64,000 nt of DNA, from the NCBI GenBank assembly GCA_040377305.1, contig JBEIPA010000002.1, positions 128,001-192,000 of the forward strand. The letters are read 5' to 3'. Positions within the stretch are counted from its first letter, which is position 1. Every line of letters starts with the position of its first letter. Under the pieces are notes generated by a model that saw only the letters and a program-made list of their open reading frames with translations, ran no database searches and was not told the origin of the DNA. Below are positions 60,801 to 64,000 of this stretch, piece by piece. The translations under genes and the position numbers were made by a program. Source of the stretch: Flavobacteriales bacterium (GTDB taxonomy: Bacteria > Bacteroidota > Bacteroidia > Palsa-965).

Positions 60801-63800
60801 GGAGGAGTGAAGGTATAGATTCGTCCACTTGCAGGAGTTGCAATCTGTGCATCGTTCGGTGTAACAATGCTTGCGGTGTTAGAACTCATTGTAACACTTT
60901 GGTAATTCGCAGCCGAAGCAGTTGCGCCAACTGAAGTAGTGCCTGTGTTTGAACCCATAGTTCCATAACGGAATTCGAACACTCCTGAAGTTTCATACAT
61001 CCAACATTGGAATGTAGAGTTTGCAGGTCCGCCAACTGCGCGAGGTACTGTAACAAACCACTGCACCACCAAAATACGGTTAGGTGCTGTTCCTGTTACC
61101 ACATAACTAACGTTTCCGTCTGTTCCTGTCGCAAGGTCATCCCAATAAGGATAAATTTTCGGGATGTTAGTTGTGCTTGTTACAGCGTTTGTGAATTGAT
61201 TTGCAGCCGTTGCGCCACCGAGTAAAATCCAACCATCAGGCGATACAGAGAACTGTGTGTAGTTTGTACCGTTGAATGGGAATGTGAATCCGATTGCAGT
61301 TGGTGCCGCAGTTGGTGTGTCATCGTTACCCGGATTCAGTACCTGAGTTGCTCCCGACATTGGGTCGAGCGTTGCACCAGTTGCTGTACTGAATGAATAC
61401 TGATTCAAAGGAGCACTTGGCGTTGCAACCGCGTTCAGTTGAGAGTTGCCGTTAAGACATATGCTTGCCGGGTTAGCGGTAGCCGTTGTTGCTGAAGGAG
61501 CATAACCAACTGTAACCGTTGTTGTAGCAGAAGCAGTACATCCGATTCCGTCTGTTCCTACCACCGTATATGTTTGGCTGGTCGTCGGACTCGCTGTTAC
61601 ACTAGTTCCGGTAGTTGCGCTAAGACCTGTTGAAGGAGCCCAGTTGTATGACACTGAAGATCCGGACGCAGTCAAGGAAACACCTGGTCCAGGTGTACAG
61701 TACGTAGTTGAAGTAGGAGTAACACTAATTGTTGGTGCCGGGTTAACAGTTAATGTAACGTTAACTGTGAACGTCGAACTACAAGCGTCTGTAACCACAA
61801 CTGTGTAAGTTCCCGCTTCAGCTGGAGTAACACTTGCTACCGCAGGGTTCTGTGATGTAGATGAGAAACTGTTAGGACCAGTCCAAGCATAGGTGTAAGG
61901 TGCGCCGCCGCCTGTTGGAATAACACCAAGAGTTACGCTAGTACCTTGACAAACAGTCGAAGAAGGAGCTATGCTTCCAGTAGCGGTAAGAGCTGCACCT
62001 GCAGTGATAGTCACAGTGCCGGTTGTTGAACATGTACCAGCCGTTGCAGTTACCGTGTAAGTAATGGAAGACGCGATACCTGTTGCCATTGGATTGGCAA
62101 TGTTTGTTGCACTGAGGTAAGTTGCCGGAGCCCAGCTATAAGTAAGTGCTGGTGGTGTAGAATAAATAGCGTTGTATGTTCCGATAGTCTGTGGTGCAAT
62201 CACACTTGATGCTGTCCAGTCACCACCTATGTTGTTATCAACAGGTGCAGTACGAATTGTACCAGCAAAACCAGATGGAGAAGATGCGAAACCTGTCCAA
62301 TTAGCCGCTGTTACACCAGTAGCAGCGTTGAATGTATAACCACTGTTTAAGCCTACTGCATCAACAATAGTAGAACCATTTCTAAGTACAATCCCAACAA
62401 GTGAACCAGAGCCCCAGCTATCAGAAGTACCGCCTGTATTGAAATAACGGTTTGCAATGTCGTTTACACCAGTACCCAAACAAACAACACTTACTCCATT
62501 GGCTGGAATAATCGTTCCAACCGGGAAAGTGAAAGTAGGGTGAGTAGATGTTGCCGAATTTGATGCGTAATCATTAAGCGTATAACCGCTAATATCAATT
62601 GGATTTGAAGAAATATTCGAAATTTCAACTAAATCACCTCCTGTAATATAAGCCGGGTAAGAAACCGTTTGACCCGTTCCTGTGCGGAATAAAGTAACCT
62701 CGGTGATTAAAATTGAAGGCATATTTGCAACAACGTTCAATTGAGAGTTACCACCTACACAAACGTTCGAAGGTGTTGCAGTTACAGCGGTAATCGTTGG
62801 AGTAATAGCCACGGTAATTGTGGTAGTAGCAGTGCCTGTACAGCCATTGCCATCAGTTCCTGTTACTGTGTACGTAGTCGTTGCACTTGGCGACGCATTA
62901 ACGCTAGCGCCTGTAGTTGCTGAAAGTCCAGCTGCTGGTCCCCATGAATAGGTAGTTGCACCTGAAGCTGTAAGAGCAACAGCAGGGTCTCCTTGACACA
63001 TTGTCGCTGAAGTTGGAATTACGCTAACCGAAGCTGGAGGGAATACAGCTGCGGTCACTTCGTTCGTCGTAGCAGAAGAACCACTGTTCGTACATGTTAC
63101 AACACAAACATAATATGTCGTAGATGAAACTGTTCCTGTTGTAAATGTTGGATTAGTTGCGCCGGGCTCGTTCGAGTAAGGACCTCCCGGTACTGCTGAA
63201 GACTGCCACTGATAAGTGATTCCAGGACCAAAGTCATTACCAGTCAGAGACAAGTTGAAAACTCCTGATCCACAAATTGAGACTGGCGAACCAACTGCTG
63301 TTCCAGGGTTTGGTGTACCAGAACATGCCGGAAGCGGCGTCATGATTAGCGTTATGTTGGGACGGCTTGCACTAAGAGTTCCGTTGCCAGTTGGTGCTGA
63401 TCCGTCTGCCTGCCACGTTTGAGTACAACCTGCTACACCATTAGAAAAGCGAAACTGCTTTGCAGTGCTTCCTTCACCACCGGATCCACCGAAGTTGGCT
63501 TCCACAATAATTTCAAGATTGGAAGCATTGTTATAAAGGAAAGGTGCAGTAAGTGTTACGTTGACCCAGGTACCCGCAACAAGCATCGCAGATGTGATGT
63601 TTCCGCTGTAAACCAGCGTAGCGCCAGCTTCCTGAACAGCAACCGTAGAAGCTACCATCGACGCAGAAGCAGTTTGCTTCATGTAGATGTTAATCGGGGT
63701 GCTTGCCGCAGGAGTGGCAACAGTGTTTAAGAAAAAAGCTACATCAGTAATCGTTCCTGAACTGCCAATTTCTGCAGCAGTGTAAATTGCAGCTGTACGC

Positions 63801-63958
63801 TCAAAACCAAAAAAGCACCCGTAAGGTTTACGGTTGTTTGCTGTGTTTGTGTTCGCTGCAGGTATCGTCACCGTTTGCGCCCAGACGCTCGTGACAAGAA
63901 GAGTCGCACCAATTACGGTCAATGCCTTCCTCCACGCGTTCGTAAATAATTTTGTCAT
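57878..63958 (-). CDS. Large (~2026 aa) T9SS type A substrate with Ig-like repeats and lamin-tail, nidogen-like and GEVED domains
   Basis: Signal peptide from MTKLF (63958); LTD-like ILITEV..VEISN...IDISGY; IGFTFPFNG...PYWDDL; GEVED WIDYNQNG...TRLRVR...GETEDY; CTD VYPNPNNGDF...RVVVNR. Confidence 0.9.
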   Translation of the reverse strand: MTKLFTNAWRKALTVIGATLLVTSVWAQTVTIPAANTNTANNRKPYGCFFGFERTAAIYTAAEIGSSGTITDVAFFLNTVATPAASTPINIYMKQTASASMVASTVAVQEAGATLVYSGNITSAMLVAGTWVNVTLTAPFLYNNASNLEIIVEANFGGSGGEGSTAKQFRFSNGVAGCTQTWQADGSAPTGNGTLSASRPNITLIMTPLPACSGTPNPGTAVGSPVSICGSGVFNLSLTGNDFGPGITYQWQSSAVPGGPYSNEPGATNPTFTTGTVSSTTYYVCVVTCTNSGSSATTNEVTAAVFPPASVSVIPTSATMCQGDPAVALTASGATTYSWGPAAGLSATTGASVNASPSATTTYTVTGTDGNGCTGTATTTITVAITPTITAVTATPSNVCVGGNSQLNVVANMPSILITEVTLFRTGTGQTVSYPAYITGGDLVEISNISSNPIDISGYTLNDYASNSATSTHPTFTFPVGTIIPANGVSVVCLGTGVNDIANRYFNTGGTSDSWGSGSLVGIVLRNGSTIVDAVGLNSGYTFNAATGVTAANWTGFASSPSGFAGTIRTAPVDNNIGGDWTASSVIAPQTIGTYNAIYSTPPALTYSWAPATYLSATNIANPMATGIASSITYTVTATAGTCSTTGTVTITAGAALTATGSIAPSSTVCQGTSVTLGVIPTGGGAPYTYAWTGPNSFSSTSQNPAVASVTPAEAGTYTVVVTDACSSTFTVNVTLTVNPAPTISVTPTSTTYCTPGPGVSLTASGSSVSYNWAPSTGLSATTGTSVTASPTTSQTYTVVGTDGIGCTASATTTVTVGYAPSATTATANPASICLNGNSQLNAVATPSAPLNQYSFSTATGATLDPMSGATQVLNPGNDDTPTAAPTAIGFTFPFNGTNYTQFSVSPDGWILLGGATAANQFTNAVTSTTNIPKIYPYWDDLATGTDGNVSYVVTGTAPNRILVVQWFVTVPRAVGGPANSTFQCWMYETSGVFEFRYGTMGSNTGTTSVGATASAANYQSVTMSSNTASIVTPNDAQIATPASGRIYTFTPPAVTYAWSPATFLSSTTIANPMANNVSATTTWTVTPSSGGCPGSPATVTVTTGSVLTSSGSISPASTVCQGTNVTLNSVPVGGGAPYTYAWTGPNSFSSTVQNPTINGVTPAEAGTYTLVITDACAATNTVTLTLAVNAAPTLTVSPTSALFCSGGPGVAISASGTSTGYTWGPAAGLSSTTGSTVTASPTVTTTYTVTGTDGNGCTSTATTLVNYGDTPVPTASASPATICENGTSTLSVVAAPVLTYCQPVYSNGTGFGDYISSVVVNTLNNPTGPSTAPYYTLYPQAANTTTTLTAGSTYTITLVAGTYTINDVAAWIDYNQNGTLNNAGEKLGETDDLGAAPASTSFVFTVPVNAVNGTTRLRVRDVDHGGTNDMDPCLAQSTFGETEDYIITIVGGVDAFTYAWSPATFLNSTIVSDPVASAVTTTTTYSVIVTGTSGCSASASTTLTVNPLPTVTATAAPSTVCAGDMVTPTGGGASTYVWSGGLTDGVAFSALSTQTYTVTGTDGNGCSNTATATVTVNALPTVTASATPSTVCAGDMVTATGGGATSYAWSGGIMDNVAFAAMSTTTYTVTGTDANGCTNTATALVTVNALPTVTASATPSTVCAGDMVTPAGGGASSYAWSGGLTDAVPFAATVTDTYTVTGTDANGCSNTATVTVTVNALPTVAASVTPSTACVGDLVTPAGSGASTYVWSGSVTDGVAFPAAATETYTVTGTDVNGCSATTTVTLTVNPLPVVTASSTDSTVCVGDQITFMGGGATTYTWDNGVTDMVPYTTTGSMTFIVTGTDANGCMDTASLAITANALPNVTVSLPLDTACLLLGPVTLGGESPAGGTWSGTGVTGNTFDPGVAGNGMHAITYTYMDSLTGCSAAAIDSMLVDICNSIDNNEVGSAVVYPNPNNGDFTLIPAGSGLVDVYVYSATGQLVIAQKATCGVQNNVHIEASGMYSVVVVTADGTRTTQRVVVNR

Positions 63959-64000
63959 GTTATGTGTGTTTGATTTGTGGGTTAAACATCCCATTTTCAG

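Noticed and set aside
47768-63730. Many + strand ORFs and apparent DNA periodicity, possibly CRISPR-like
   Set aside because: Antisense shadows of Thr/Val-rich coding repeats; there is no fixed repeat-spacer structure.

Overview
Core-genome window from a Bacteroidota (Bacteroidia-like) bacterium. From left to right it carries the gliding/T9SS motor operon (two porP/sprF paralogues, gldK, gldL, 5' part of gldM), an arginase-fold gene and topA, and then the divergent miaB-sigma54 activator-lptE-TPR-secG-groES-groEL run. Next come a few accessory genes and the dcw cluster (mraZ to ftsZ-yqeY, no murF), followed by the glycine-lipid acyltransferase pair and yihA. The right end holds a type B T9SS substrate, gldC/gldB, a PorT-family barrel, nadE and two giant tandem type A T9SS substrates. 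No rRNA, tRNA, CRISPR array, phage or transposase was recognised. The main oddities are in the division cluster: FtsZ has an in-frame 472-aa acidic N-terminal extension ahead of what looks like the ancestral start site, and a stand-alone degenerate MurD C-terminal domain gene sits between murD and ftsW. Other candidates are passenger domains inserted at the same loop of Ig-like repeats in a 2026-aa adhesin, a 158-bp multi-hairpin element after the dcw operon, strong Shine-Dalgarno sites in a clade that normally avoids them, a putative sigma54 circuit at groESL, and short repeat relics, some in frame inside genes. All calls come from reading the sequence; no database search was run.
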